Positions 1-10,861 are shown, counted from the stretch's first letter. The stretch: DNA of 64,000 nt from Candidatus Spongiisociaceae bacterium (GCA_965262915.1 OZ253564.1:2688001-2752000); one strand, 5' to 3'. Translations and numbers: made by a program. Notes: generated from the letters alone by a model not told the origin.

Positions 1-20
1 GGTTCATCGAGAAAGACTGC

Positions 21-1358
21 ATGAGCGATCCGCAGCCGGGCGATATATACATCTGGAATGATCCCTGGAACGTCTCGGCCCAGTTGAACGACATTCTCGT
101 CCTACAGCCCATATTCTGGAATGGATCCTTGCAAGGATATGCCGGCAGTATCGCCCATAATCCGGACCTTGGTGGGGTTCAAGAATGGATGAAGGCCTCG
201 GATATCTTTGAAGAAGGCCTCCAGATTCCCGCCTTGCGGCTTTACAGCCAGGGTGTCCGGAACGAATCAATTTGGGAGATAATCGGAGCCAACTCGCGTG
301 CCCCCGAACAGACTCTGGGGGACATCGAAGCGGAGGTAGCTGCGGTCGGGACCATCGCCGACCGCGTGAGTGAAGTGATCTTGCCCGAACACGGTGAGAG
401 CCTCGATTATTGGGCGTCCGAGATACTCGGGCGCAGCGAACGATTGATGAGGGAGGCGATCAAAGGCGTTCCGGCGGGCACCTACACAGCGGAGCATGTC
501 TTTCCCGCGCTAGACATCGGGGTAGTCGGAGAGGATCGTGAGTTGGCGCTGCGCGTTCGGGTGGAGGTTGGGGACGACGAATTGCTGGTCTCCTATGAAG
601 GCACCTCGCCGCAGGTCGCTCTGAACGTGAACTCTCTGGAGACCTTCACGAGAGCCTATACCATGTATGCCCTGCGGACATTCCTGTGCCCGGGGGTGCG
701 CCAGAACGACGGCTTCACTCGCCCCGTCCGGATCGTGGTTCCTGAGGGAACGTTGCTGAACGCGGCTCGACCGGCGGCGTGCGTGAACCGGCACATGGTC
801 GGCCAGCGAACATGTGACCTGCTGAGCCAGGCCCTTGCGCCGGTCTTACCAGAGCGGGTTCACGGCGAGAATGGGTCGGCCCCGGGTTGGGTCACCATGT
901 TGACGCCTCTGGAAGGCGATTTCAAAGACGTTCCACGGCTCTCGGCGTTTGCGGGCGGCACCGGTGCCAGGCACGGGCTTGCCGGACAAACGGTGCACTA
1001 CCCGGCCAACCTGTCGAGCACGCCGGTTGAGGTAATGGAGCGGACCTTGCCCGTTCTCGTGGTGGAGAAACGCGTCCGAGAGGGTTCCGGCGGCGCAGGA
1101 GAATGGCGCGGGGGGGAGGGTCAGACACTCGAACTCCTGGTCGAGGGTTCTCTGGTGTACGTCCTCATGGCCGGCAACCTCGAACGGCAGCCTAGAGGTG
1201 TGTTGGGAGGTAGCAGTGGATCGAGTGGAGAGTTCTTCATCGACGGTGTGAGTATGCCCCCTGGGTCCGGCCGACTCACGTCGGGTTCCCGCATCGTCAT
1301 TCGTACGCCGGGTGGCGGTGGGTACGGCTCCGGTGATGGAGAGGGATCGGCCTCATGA
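21..1358 (+). CDS. Hydantoinase B/oxoprolinase family protein (5' end probably lies before the window)
   Basis: NDPW, AHxxDLGG, IFEEGLQIP, GxGEWRGGxG and C-terminal TPGGGGYG motifs; frame is open to the window edge. Confidence 0.9.
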   Translation: MSDPQPGDIYIWNDPWNVSAQLNDILVLQPIFWNGSLQGYAGSIAHNPDLGGVQEWMKASDIFEEGLQIPALRLYSQGVRNESIWEIIGANSRAPEQTLGDIEAEVAAVGTIADRVSEVILPEHGESLDYWASEILGRSERLMREAIKGVPAGTYTAEHVFPALDIGVVGEDRELALRVRVEVGDDELLVSYEGTSPQVALNVNSLETFTRAYTMYALRTFLCPGVRQNDGFTRPVRIVVPEGTLLNAARPAACVNRHMVGQRTCDLLSQALAPVLPERVHGENGSAPGWVTMLTPLEGDFKDVPRLSAFAGGTGARHGLAGQTVHYPANLSSTPVEVMERTLPVLVVEKRVREGSGGAGEWRGGEGQTLELLVEGSLVYVLMAGNLERQPRGVLGGSSGSSGEFFIDGVSMPPGSGRLTSGSRIVIRTPGGGGYGSGDGEGSAS

Positions 1359-1442
1359 GGCAGCGGGAGCCGGCCGGTACGACGGGATGGGATGCCCCTA
1401 TACCTCGCTCGAGTTACTGGTCGATCGCAGGATGGTGGTGGC

Positions 1443-3125
1443 ATGGACGTTGATCCGATCACGCTGGCCGTCGTCGAAGGTGCCCTGCAATCCACGATCA
1501 GAGAAATGCGGGAGGTCGTGGTGCGATCCGGCCGCTCGCCGATCATCTCAATCTCAACCGACTTCTCAAACTCGATATTCGATACGAACGGCGAACAAGT
1601 CATCCAGTCCTACGGTCAGCCCGTCCATATCGGCTCGATGCAGGTGGCGCTCGGAGAGGTGCGCACCTACTGGGGAGACGACATCTCCCCCGGTGATGTC
1701 ATATTCGTCAATGACCCGACCTATGGCGGCGGGCATCAGGCGGACATGTCCATGTTCAAGCCGATCTTCATTGACGACGATCTCTTCGCATGGGCAGGGT
1801 GTCGTTGCCATGTCTCGGATTCCGGAGGACCCGTAGCCGGTGGGTACAACCCGTTGGCGACCCAGATCTACGGCGAGGGCCTGCGGATGCCTCCGATCAA
1901 GATCTACGATCGGGGTCGTGTTCGATCCGACGTGGTCGACTTGATTCTGCTGAATGTGCGCACCCCGCGTGCCTTTCGAGGAGATATGGGGGCCCAGTAC
2001 GGAGCTCTTGGCGTGGCAGAACGCCGACTCGAGGGACTCTGCAACGACCTGGGTGCAGACGTAATCTCGAGGTCTATGTCCGCTTTGCTGCAACGCGGTG
2101 AGCAAATGACGAAGGAGGCCATCCGAGCGCTGCCACAGGGCGAAGTGACCGGGTCAGCCTTCATGGAAGATCCCTTCGGGGGTTCGCCCCTACCCATCAC
2201 CTGCACGTTGCTCGTGGGTGATGGTCGACTGCGGGTTGTGGTGAGAAGTGGTCCCCAGATCTCGGCGTACAAGAACAGCTATTTCGGCAATTCGATTTCC
2301 GCGGTCTACGCGGGCCTGTTGACGGGACTCCCGATGGGGATTCCACGAAACGGCGGTACTTACCGGCGTTTCGAGGTTGACCTCGGTCCCAAGGGAACCA
2401 TCACGAACGCGGAATCGCCTGCGCCGTGTTCGCTCGCGACGTCCAATCCGTTCGACAACATCACCGAAGCGGTTCAAGATGCCCTGTCCAAGTTGGTACC
2501 GGAACGTGCCATGGCCGGTTGGACGGATTTCGCCGGCGCTGCATTTGCCGGTGTAGACCCGCGTGTCGGGGAGCAGTTCTCGCATCTGTCGTCCCTATCG
2601 GGCACGGGCGGTGCCGGCGCTATGTGGGAGACGGATGGGTGGTCATGCTGTGGGGCACAAGCGGCCTTTGGAGGCATGCGCACGGGAAACGTCGAGGAAC
2701 TCGAGTTGCAGGTGCCGATCCGGATACACCGGTTCGAACTAGCCCCGAACACGGAAGGTCCTGGCAGATGGCGGGGCGGTTTCGGTGTGGATGTCGAAAT
2801 CGAGCCGCTTGGTCCGATCGCAGTGTCCACCGTCGGCGAAGGGTACGAGTTAGCACCCCCCGGGCGCTTCGAAGCCGCCGAGGTCGGTCCCGAATGGAGA
2901 AGTGTGTTCACACGCTTCGTGCGCGAACCTGATGGCTCCACCCGTGATGTCTCGGGCGGTTTGGTCTTCGAAATGGATGAAGGGCAGGTTCTGGTGAGCC
3001 GAAGCACAGGCGGCGGCGGGATCGGCGATCCGAAGCTGCGGTCCCGGGTGGCGTTGGAGCGCGACGTCGCGAGTGGCCTCATCGATCGAGAGCGGGCCAG
3101 GACCGTGTACGGCTGGGAGGCGTGA
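1443..3125 (+). CDS. Hydantoinase B/oxoprolinase family protein
   Basis: DPITLAVV start, SPII..DFS, NDPTYGGGHQAD, HVSDSGG, IYGEGLRMPP, GPGRWRGG, GGGGIGDP; start moved to ATG 1443. Confidence 0.92.
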   Translation: MDVDPITLAVVEGALQSTIREMREVVVRSGRSPIISISTDFSNSIFDTNGEQVIQSYGQPVHIGSMQVALGEVRTYWGDDISPGDVIFVNDPTYGGGHQADMSMFKPIFIDDDLFAWAGCRCHVSDSGGPVAGGYNPLATQIYGEGLRMPPIKIYDRGRVRSDVVDLILLNVRTPRAFRGDMGAQYGALGVAERRLEGLCNDLGADVISRSMSALLQRGEQMTKEAIRALPQGEVTGSAFMEDPFGGSPLPITCTLLVGDGRLRVVVRSGPQISAYKNSYFGNSISAVYAGLLTGLPMGIPRNGGTYRRFEVDLGPKGTITNAESPAPCSLATSNPFDNITEAVQDALSKLVPERAMAGWTDFAGAAFAGVDPRVGEQFSHLSSLSGTGGAGAMWETDGWSCCGAQAAFGGMRTGNVEELELQVPIRIHRFELAPNTEGPGRWRGGFGVDVEIEPLGPIAVSTVGEGYELAPPGRFEAAEVGPEWRSVFTRFVREPDGSTRDVSGGLVFEMDEGQVLVSRSTGGGGIGDPKLRSRVALERDVASGLIDRERARTVYGWEA

Positions 3126-3132
3126 CCAAATC

Positions 3133-5280
3133 ATGAATCAGCCTGTCGTCATTGGGGTCGATGTCGGGGGCACCTTCACGGACGTGGTCGCAGTCGATCG
3201 GTCGGGTTCGCTGGTGATCACAAAGGTGGCGTCGGATCCCGAGGCGCCAGAGAACGCGGTTGTCGCCGGTATCCGGGCCCTGGCGACTCAGATGGGCGTG
3301 GATCTCGTTGGGCTACTGAGCGAGGCGACGATCATCCACGGATCGACCCTCGCGATCAACACGCTCCTGACCCGGACGGGAGCCAGGACCGGCCTCATCT
3401 GCACCGAAGGATTCCGCGACATCACCGAGATTCGAACCGGCTACCGGCACGAGAGATTCGATCTGCGCGCACCACCACCAATACCCCTCGTTCCGAGACA
3501 CCTCCGGCTCGAGGTACGTGAGCGTATAGATGAGAACGGCAAGGTGCTGCGTCCGCTCGAAGAAGCCGACATAATCGACGCCTGTCGAGTCTTCGAGTCG
3601 GAGGGTGTCGACGCAATAGCGGTGTGCTTTCTGTGGTCCTTCATGAATGCGTCCCACGAAAACCGGGTCAGGGATACTTGCGAGAAGCTCCTGCCTGCCA
3701 CATACATCACGGTATCTTCCGATGTCCTGCCTGAGATTCGGGAGTACGACCGCTGGAGCACGACGGTCCTCAATGCCTATCTCGGCCCGAAGTTCGGGGG
3801 CTACATAGATCGCCTCGAGGATGGCTTGCGAGAAGCCGGATTGCGTGGTCGCATCCAGTATCTGCAGAGTAACGGTGGGGTCGCGAATAGGGATGAGATA
3901 GTCCGGCTACCCAGCAGAACCCTGCTGTCAGGTCCGGCTACGGGCCCTGTCGCTGCTCGCTACATCGCATCACGTGAGGGGTGGGACAACGTTATCTGTA
4001 TCGACATGGGGGGGACGAGTTTCGACACGAGCGCGGTGACGAGGGGAGAAATCCGGCAGTCGAGACCCGTTGACATCGACTCGCTACGTGTGGGTTTTCC
4101 GATGGTCGATGTGCATAGCATCGGGGGGGGAGGGGGCTCGGTTGCCCACTTGGACTCCGGTATTCTTCGAGTAGGGCCGCAGAGCGCCGGATCGCATCCA
4201 GGACCCGCGGCCTATGGGCTAGGCGGGAGTGATCCGACGGTGACCGATGCCGACCTGCTGCTCGGTCTGTATCAGGAAGGCTCGATAGCGGGCGGAGTGT
4301 CGCTGGCCACGTCCCCCGCCAGGGCCGCGGTCGGGAGGCTTGCCGATGAGATGCAGATGCCTGCTGCGGCGGCTACCGAAGGCATCTGGCGGGTTCTGAC
4401 AGACCAGCTCGCCGAGGCCGTCCGCGGCGTCACAATTGCAGAGGGCCGGGATCCCAGGGACTATGTGATGGTTGCCGGTGGAGGGGCCGGGCCGGCACAT
4501 TGTTGTGCGATCGCCGATCGGCTGGGTATCACCGATGTGTTCGTTCCTAGGGCCGCGCCTGCACTGTGTGCCTTCGGCGCAATCCTCACGGATGAAATCC
4601 ACGATCTTCGCCGGTCATACCCGATGCGACTTGGGGATGGGGCGGCATACGGAGAGCTGAACGATGCCTTGAAGGAGATCCAATCCGAGGTCCTGAGGCG
4701 GGCCGGAGCGGGTCCGGGGGATGCTACGACTCCGCGTTCCGGACGCGCCCATGACTCTGGGGACGCACATCCGGAAGGAGACGAACCGGTCGAGCTCAGG
4801 AGCGGCATCGAGTTGCGGTATCAGGGTCAACTCTGGGAGATTCTCTTGTGGCTTCAGGGAGATGAGATCGACACGGCGACCGCTGAGGAGGCGGTCAACA
4901 GGTTTCATGAGCGGCATAACGAGCTGTACGCCTACTCGGAACCTGACACGCCCTGCGAAGCCGTGAGCCTGGCAGTTCGAGCCACAGTCCGTCGAGAAGT
5001 CCTGTTGGCTGACCGGCCACCTCAAGATGAGGGTCGTGAATGGCGGCCGGTGGGAAGCCGGACGATCGCCGGTCTCTGGGCCGGTGGCGCTTACCAATCC
5101 GCCGGCTCGGACGGAAACGGGAGAAGCGCCGCCATATACGATGGGGCAGATGCGGTGGTCGGATTACCGATCGATGGACCGGCCCTCATATACGAGTCGA
5201 TGTGCGTAATCGTCGTTGATCCGGGCTGGAGAGCCGAGTTGACGGCCACCGACACCTATCACCTTTCGTGCAGCACCTGA
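3133..5280 (+). CDS. Hydantoinase A/oxoprolinase family protein (ATP-dependent subunit)
   Basis: GVDVGGTFTD, HGSTLAINTLL, DMGGTSFD, VGPQSAGSHPGPAAY, PTVTDA motifs; start moved to ATG 3133. Confidence 0.95.
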   Translation: MNQPVVIGVDVGGTFTDVVAVDRSGSLVITKVASDPEAPENAVVAGIRALATQMGVDLVGLLSEATIIHGSTLAINTLLTRTGARTGLICTEGFRDITEIRTGYRHERFDLRAPPPIPLVPRHLRLEVRERIDENGKVLRPLEEADIIDACRVFESEGVDAIAVCFLWSFMNASHENRVRDTCEKLLPATYITVSSDVLPEIREYDRWSTTVLNAYLGPKFGGYIDRLEDGLREAGLRGRIQYLQSNGGVANRDEIVRLPSRTLLSGPATGPVAARYIASREGWDNVICIDMGGTSFDTSAVTRGEIRQSRPVDIDSLRVGFPMVDVHSIGGGGGSVAHLDSGILRVGPQSAGSHPGPAAYGLGGSDPTVTDADLLLGLYQEGSIAGGVSLATSPARAAVGRLADEMQMPAAAATEGIWRVLTDQLAEAVRGVTIAEGRDPRDYVMVAGGGAGPAHCCAIADRLGITDVFVPRAAPALCAFGAILTDEIHDLRRSYPMRLGDGAAYGELNDALKEIQSEVLRRAGAGPGDATTPRSGRAHDSGDAHPEGDEPVELRSGIELRYQGQLWEILLWLQGDEIDTATAEEAVNRFHERHNELYAYSEPDTPCEAVSLAVRATVRREVLLADRPPQDEGREWRPVGSRTIAGLWAGGAYQSAGSDGNGRSAAIYDGADAVVGLPIDGPALIYESMCVIVVDPGWRAELTATDTYHLSCST

Positions 5281-5418
5281 TGAGGCGTCGGCCAAGCGGG
5301 ATGACGAGGAGAACTATCGATGCATCGGGCGCGAAATGCCCGATGCTCCCGATCCCAGATGTGTCCGGCCGCCGCATCTAGCAGGAAGCCCGACATGTGC
5401 GCGCACGTCGCGGCCGGA

Positions 5419-6497
5419 TGATTAGTCGCTCTGCTCCGGCAGTTCATGAGCCTCAAGAGCGCGCAACGGGTCGCCGCCGCTTCGTCCGGTATCTCGTGCG
5501 GCGCTTGCTTTTCATCCCCTTGGGCCTGCTCGTAGTAGCGACGCTGTCCTTTGGCTTGGTAAACCTGACTCCGGGTGATCCCGTTCGGGATCTGGCGGGT
5601 GGAATGATCAGCGATGAGCGGCTCGCGGAAATGCGAGCCGAGTTGGGACTTGATGCGCCGTTACCGGAGCGCTACGCACGGTACCTCGGCGACCTGGTTC
5701 GCCTCGATCTGGGAACGTCATATCTCACGAAGCGGCCGATTGCGACTGAGATCGCAGAACGGCTGGGTAGCAGCGTAGAGCTTGTGATCATGAGCCTGAT
5801 CGTCGCCAGCGGGTTGGGCCTGTTCGTCGGCTTCGTCGGGGCCCGGTTTCGACGTCGTTGGCCGGATGCGACGGGAAGGGTTCTGATGAGCTTGGCGCAG
5901 TCGCTTCCCGATTTCTTCGTTGGCCTTATATTGATTTACGTACTCTTCTTCAGGTTGAGGTTGGCGCCACCGCCGGTCGGGAGGCTGGGTCTGTTGGAGG
6001 AACTTCCCCCGAACGTAACGGGTGGCGTGATCCTGGATAGCTTGATTGCAGGGCGATGGGGATCGACGGTAAACGCTTTGCGACACTCGGTGATGCCGGT
6101 ATTGGCCCTCGGAACGGTCTGTGCGGCTTACGTAGGCCGCGTGGCCCGGGCGGCGCTCGGCAGTGCTTTCGAATCGAGGTCCGTCGAATTTGCGAGGGCG
6201 TGCGGGCTGCGAGAGCGTACTGTCGCCCTGTACGCCTTGCGCGACGCGGCCGCACCCATCCTCACGTACGGCGCGATCCTGTTTGCCGTACTCGTTGGAG
6301 GTGCGGCGATTCTCGAGACGGTCTTCGCTTGGAACGGGATGGGGCAATGGGGAGTCGAGCGGATCTTGCGGAAGGACTTGCCTGCAATCCAGGGGTTCGT
6401 TGTGGTGGTCGGGGCAACATCCCTCTTCACGTACCTGTTGCTTGATCTGGCCCTGCCGGTGGTGGATCCGCGGCTGCGCGCGGACAGGAGGGATTGA
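5419..6497 (+). CDS. Dpp/Opp-type ABC transporter permease (DppB-like)
   Basis: PGDP, ELGLDAPL..RY, DLGTS, EAA-like loop FARACGL, ETVFAWNGMG, VDPRLR. Confidence 0.92.
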
Positions 6498-6498
6498 G

Positions 6499-7350
6499 TT
6501 GACGGGTTCCGGGATGCGAGTCGACGGCGTTCGACGGGTCGTGCCGGCCATCCGGCAGCGGGGTGTCTTGTTCCTGGCCATCGGAGTGATCACGATCCTG
6601 GTGGCTGCGGCGTACCTCGCCCCCTTGCCCTACGGACCGTTGGTACCCGATGGACGGGCTACTCTCGAGCCGCCAAGTAGCTCACACTGGTTCGGTACGG
6701 ACGCTATCGGGTTCGATGTATTCAGCCGGACGATCGCAGCGGGGGGCCTCGACATTCCTCTGACCCTTGCCGGCACGGCTGCTGCTCTCATCCTGGGAGT
6801 CGTACTCGGATTGATGGCGACCGGAACGAGCAAACTATCCGAGGGTGTGATGCGCGGACTCGACGTTTTCCAAGCGTTTCCACTGCTGGTGTTCGGGTTG
6901 GTATTCGTAGCGATGATGGGCGACAACCTCAGGAGCATCATCATCGCCATCGCGCTGGTGCACACACCGAGAATCGTGCGAACTACCAGGAGCCAGGGCC
7001 TTACCCTCCGTCAGAGCCGCTTCGTCGAGGCAGCCATCGCAATCGGTGCGTCGAGATTTCGCATCATGAGTCGGCACGTCCTCCCGAATCTCCTGGGCGT
7101 CGTGGTGGCCCAGGCATCCCTTGCGGCTGCTCACGGAATCGTCCTGATAGCCGGCCTAACGTATCTCGGAGTCGGTATCGACCCGCCACAGGCGAGTTGG
7201 GGGGCGATGATTCGCGCCGGTTCTCACGACATGGCAACTGGTCACTGGTGGCCCGTTGTAGCACCGGGCGTTGCGATCGTGATTGCTGTTGCCAGCTTCA
7301 ACGCCATTGCTCAACACGTTCTGAACGTGTTCGAGGACAGGGCACGATGA
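6499..7350 (+). CDS. Dpp/Opp-type ABC transporter permease (DppC-like)
   Basis: PPSSSHWFGTDAIGFDVFSR, FVEAAIAIGAS, HVLPN, LTYLGVG, WGAMI; TTG start 7 nt after AGGAGG. Confidence 0.9.
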   Translation: MTGSGMRVDGVRRVVPAIRQRGVLFLAIGVITILVAAAYLAPLPYGPLVPDGRATLEPPSSSHWFGTDAIGFDVFSRTIAAGGLDIPLTLAGTAAALILGVVLGLMATGTSKLSEGVMRGLDVFQAFPLLVFGLVFVAMMGDNLRSIIIAIALVHTPRIVRTTRSQGLTLRQSRFVEAAIAIGASRFRIMSRHVLPNLLGVVVAQASLAAAHGIVLIAGLTYLGVGIDPPQASWGAMIRAGSHDMATGHWWPVVAPGVAIVIAVASFNAIAQHVLNVFEDRAR

Positions 7351-8318
7351 CGGTGACCGGACAGCTGCTGGAGGTCTCGAATCTGAGCACGACCTTTCAT
7401 ACGGACGAGGGGATCGTACGAGCCGTGGATGATGTGTCGTTCCGGCTCGAAGAGGGGGAAACGCTCGGCATCGTCGGAGAGACGGGCTGCGGGAAGTCGA
7501 GTTTGGCTAGATCCATTCTCGGGCTCGTGCCCCCTCCGGGTCGAGTCGAAGTGAAGCGAATCCGTTATCGCCACATTGAACTGTCGTCATTTTCGAGCCG
7601 ATCCTGGCGCCGTCTACGCGGGTCGGAAATAGGGTTCATTCCACAGAATCCGTTCGGTGCGCTGAGCCCCGTGATCAGGATCAATGACCAGTTCCGCCAT
7701 GTACTCAGGGCCCACCAGAGTCTTTCCCGCCGTGCGTGCCGGTCGAAAGCGGCCAAGATGTTGGAGCGAGTCCGGATTCGGGATCCTGAACGAGTCTTAC
7801 GGGGCTACGCCCATGAGCTGAGCGGAGGGATGGCACAGCGGACGGTGATCGCCATGGCCCTCGTGCTCACTCCTCGGCTGATCGTCGCCGACGAGCCCAC
7901 AACGGGCCTGGACGTTTCGGTGCAGAGGCAGATACTGGAGCTCGTGGCCGAACTCAAGCGCGACGCCGGGAGCAGCATGATATTGGTGTCCCATGATCTG
8001 GGGGTCGTCGCCCAATACTGTGACCGGATCGCCGTCATGTATGCAGGACGCATCGTCGAGATGGGTACGGTTCTCGATGTCCTTCGTGCTCCGGCCCATC
8101 CCTACACGACGGCACTGGTGTCGGCCGTACCGAAGCCCGGTACGAAGCTAGAGAGTCTGGGAGGAACGGTCCCGGACCTCCGGGAGCCCATATCCGGCTG
8201 TGCTTTCTTCGACCGTTGCCCGCACCGGATGGATCCGAGATGCGAGAATGAGCGTCCGATGCTCCGGGAGGTCGGCATCGACCACTGGGCGGCAACGTTC
8301 TGTGACATACCTCGATGA
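7347..8318 (+). CDS. Dpp/Opp-type ABC transporter ATP-binding protein (DppD-like)
   Basis: Walker A GETGCGKS, signature LSGGMAQR, ADEPTTGLD, HPYT and C-terminal Cys cluster; ATGA overlap with upstream gene. Confidence 0.95.
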   Translation: MTVTGQLLEVSNLSTTFHTDEGIVRAVDDVSFRLEEGETLGIVGETGCGKSSLARSILGLVPPPGRVEVKRIRYRHIELSSFSSRSWRRLRGSEIGFIPQNPFGALSPVIRINDQFRHVLRAHQSLSRRACRSKAAKMLERVRIRDPERVLRGYAHELSGGMAQRTVIAMALVLTPRLIVADEPTTGLDVSVQRQILELVAELKRDAGSSMILVSHDLGVVAQYCDRIAVMYAGRIVEMGTVLDVLRAPAHPYTTALVSAVPKPGTKLESLGGTVPDLREPISGCAFFDRCPHRMDPRCENERPMLREVGIDHWAATFCDIPR

Positions 8319-8416
8319 CAGGACGAGAGGCCCAACCCGGTGAAGCCACGATAAGTCGCGTTGACAACAATCGAGCGGATGTCTGAACAGGAGCGTCATC
8401 GGTAAAGGAGAAGACC

Positions 8417-9550
8417 GTGGCAATCGAGAAACGAGAATCTGTCTACTGGGATCGACCCCCTGCTATCGATCTCAGGTGGGAGGTGTCGGCCCATCCCACC
8501 GCCGAAATGTGGTCCGCGATGCAAGCGGCGAAGCTGGGCATGGCAGATGTGGGCGAGGATCCGCAGGTCCGCGAATTGGAGGCTCTCGCAGCAGATCTCT
8601 CGGGCCAAGAAGCAGCGATCCTGGTCCCGACCACCACCGTCGGGAATGTACTGGCGATCCTCGGTTACGCCCCCCGTGGATCGATCGTCCTGATGGAGGA
8701 TCGGTGTCACATTCATTGGGTCGAGCAAGGGCACGTGTCTGCGTTTGCCGGCGCCACTACACAACTCATTCACGGAGACAAATTCGGCGCCATCGCGCTC
8801 GGCGCCATCGAAGCCGCGCTTACACGTAAGTATTTCGGACGCCGGCAGCCCGTTTCGATGTTGTGTCTCGAAAACACGCACAACATATGTGGCGGGACGA
8901 TACTCACTGCGGCGTACATGGCGGAGGTCGTGGACCTCTGCCACCGGTACGGAGTCACCGTTTTCGTGGACGGAGCTCGACTGTTCAATGCTGCGGTCGG
9001 ATCCGGAGTGTCCCTGGAAGAACTGGCGTCGCCGGCGGACGCCGTGGTGATCGGCTTGAGCAAGGGTCTTGCTGTGCCCTTCGGATCCCTGCTTTGCGGA
9101 ACGAGGGGGTTCGTGGATCAGGCAAAGGTCAACTATCGGCGCATCGGAGCCCTGTCCATGCACAGGGCGGGTATCTATGCGGCTGCAGGGCTCGTAGCCC
9201 TCCGAACCATGGTCGAACGGCTGGCTCAAGACCACGCTCGAGCTAGGCGACTGGCCGAAGCCGTCGGGGATATGGACGGGTTGCGGGTGGATCTGGAGAC
9301 GGTACAGACAAACCTCGTGCGCGTCGAGACGGACGAGTCTGGCTACTCAGCGGTCGAGTTCGCGAGCGCCCTTGCTGCGGAGGGGATCGCAGTACATGCA
9401 TTCGAGGAACAGGCTTTCAAGTTCGCGGTTCACGTCGATATCGACGACGCTGACATCGATGCCACGATCGACGCGACGAAGCGGGTGGTCCATGCGGCTA
9501 CGCGATCACCGTCGTCACCAGTTGAGCGGTTGACCCTCACCCGGGACTGA
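8417..9550 (+). CDS. Low-specificity threonine aldolase-like PLP enzyme (beta-eliminating lyase family)
   Basis: GEDP, LCLENTHNICGG, DGARLFNAAV, PLP lysine LSKGL, VQTN; AAGGAG RBS. Confidence 0.85.
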   Translation: MAIEKRESVYWDRPPAIDLRWEVSAHPTAEMWSAMQAAKLGMADVGEDPQVRELEALAADLSGQEAAILVPTTTVGNVLAILGYAPRGSIVLMEDRCHIHWVEQGHVSAFAGATTQLIHGDKFGAIALGAIEAALTRKYFGRRQPVSMLCLENTHNICGGTILTAAYMAEVVDLCHRYGVTVFVDGARLFNAAVGSGVSLEELASPADAVVIGLSKGLAVPFGSLLCGTRGFVDQAKVNYRRIGALSMHRAGIYAAAGLVALRTMVERLAQDHARARRLAEAVGDMDGLRVDLETVQTNLVRVETDESGYSAVEFASALAAEGIAVHAFEEQAFKFAVHVDIDDADIDATIDATKRVVHAATRSPSSPVERLTLTRD

Positions 9551-9556
9551 CATTCG

Positions 9557-10585
9557 GTGAGGATAGGACTCAGCTTGGCCACGCAGGCAGCGCCGGGCGA
9601 GGCGCCGAGCGTTCTCGTCGACCGGCTTGTAGAGCAGGTCCGTTACGCAGACCGCTGGGGCTTCGAGACGTGCGTTTTCACCGAGCACCATCAGCAACCA
9701 GACGGTTCTCTGTCATCGCCGCTGGCGGTGATGGCTGCTCTCAGTGCCGTGACGTCACGGATACGCTTGGCGACCGCCGTCCTGCTGGCACCGCTGTATG
9801 ACCCCATTCGCCTGGCGGAGGATATCGCAACGATCGACCTATTCGCGAAGGGACGCCTTGCCATCGGTGTCGGCACCGGCTACGCCGCCGTTGACTTCGA
9901 CCCCTTCGGGGTAGATCCACACGAACGAGGTATTCGCACCAACGAAACACTCGGGGTGCTTCGGCGTGCGTGGACCGGTGAGGTTTTCTCGTACCGGGGC
10001 CGATACCTGAAGTATCGGAATGTGGTCGTATCGCCCCGTCCTTTCCAGGCGGGTGGTCCACGTATCTGGGTTGGCGGGGTCGTAGAAGCATCGCTGCACA
10101 GAGCGGCTCGATTGGGAGACGGATGGATCGCACCCATCATTGCACCCATTCACGACGTGTCTCGGCTCGCGTCTCGATATCGGAAAGCGCGCCAGGAGTT
10201 CTCAGGCGACTGTGGCGAAGTAACCGTGCTCCGTGAAGGGTGGGTCGGAGCATCACGGGCGGAGGCTTCCCGAGACTACGGCGAGCCGGTACTTTCCACG
10301 CATCGGCTTTACTTCGACCTGGGTGCCTACACACGCGATTCGGGTATGGCTTCAGTTGGATCATCGAAAGATCTGACCCTTGAGGCCGTCGCGGAGGACC
10401 GATTCGTCATTGGTGCTATCGATGATGTCGTCGGGGAGCTTCGTCGCTATCGGGACGAGGTGAGCGCCGACCGGGTGATCCTCCGACTGGGCCATCCGGG
10501 TGGGCCACGGCATGAGGCCATCATGGAGGCGATCGAAATCATCGGACGTGAGGTCATCCCGCTGACCGCAGGCAACGATTGGTAA
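9557..10585 (+). CDS. LLM class flavin-dependent oxidoreductase
   Basis: EHH, TSRIRLATAVLLAPLYDPIRLAEDIATID, GRLAIGVGTGY, RAARLGDGW. Confidence 0.9.
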   Translation: MRIGLSLATQAAPGEAPSVLVDRLVEQVRYADRWGFETCVFTEHHQQPDGSLSSPLAVMAALSAVTSRIRLATAVLLAPLYDPIRLAEDIATIDLFAKGRLAIGVGTGYAAVDFDPFGVDPHERGIRTNETLGVLRRAWTGEVFSYRGRYLKYRNVVVSPRPFQAGGPRIWVGGVVEASLHRAARLGDGWIAPIIAPIHDVSRLASRYRKARQEFSGDCGEVTVLREGWVGASRAEASRDYGEPVLSTHRLYFDLGAYTRDSGMASVGSSKDLTLEAVAEDRFVIGAIDDVVGELRRYRDEVSADRVILRLGHPGGPRHEAIMEAIEIIGREVIPLTAGNDW

Positions 10586-10861
10586 GGAAGCATCGGGTCT
10601 CTCACTGAACGCTGCGCGGAACGATTCGAGGCATGAGCGGGCCATCTGCGTGGGTCGTTGTCGATGCTGCCGTGTCGCTGCGTAGAGTCTCCGCCCGTTG
10701 GTTAGGTGCTGTTCGAAATCGGGCGGTCGATCGCACTAAGGGCTGCCTAACCTCCATGATCTCTTCGAGTGCTTGCTGTCTGGTCGGGAAGGGATCGACG
10801 ACGTGTCAGCCCGGGTCGGCGGCTTGGTCTGATCCGTCATCAGGCGGCCGGTAACGTCCCT

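Noticed and set aside
8361-8366. TTGACA upstream of the aldolase as a third operator copy or promoter
   Set aside because: No TGTAAA half-site and no convincing -10 at proper spacing
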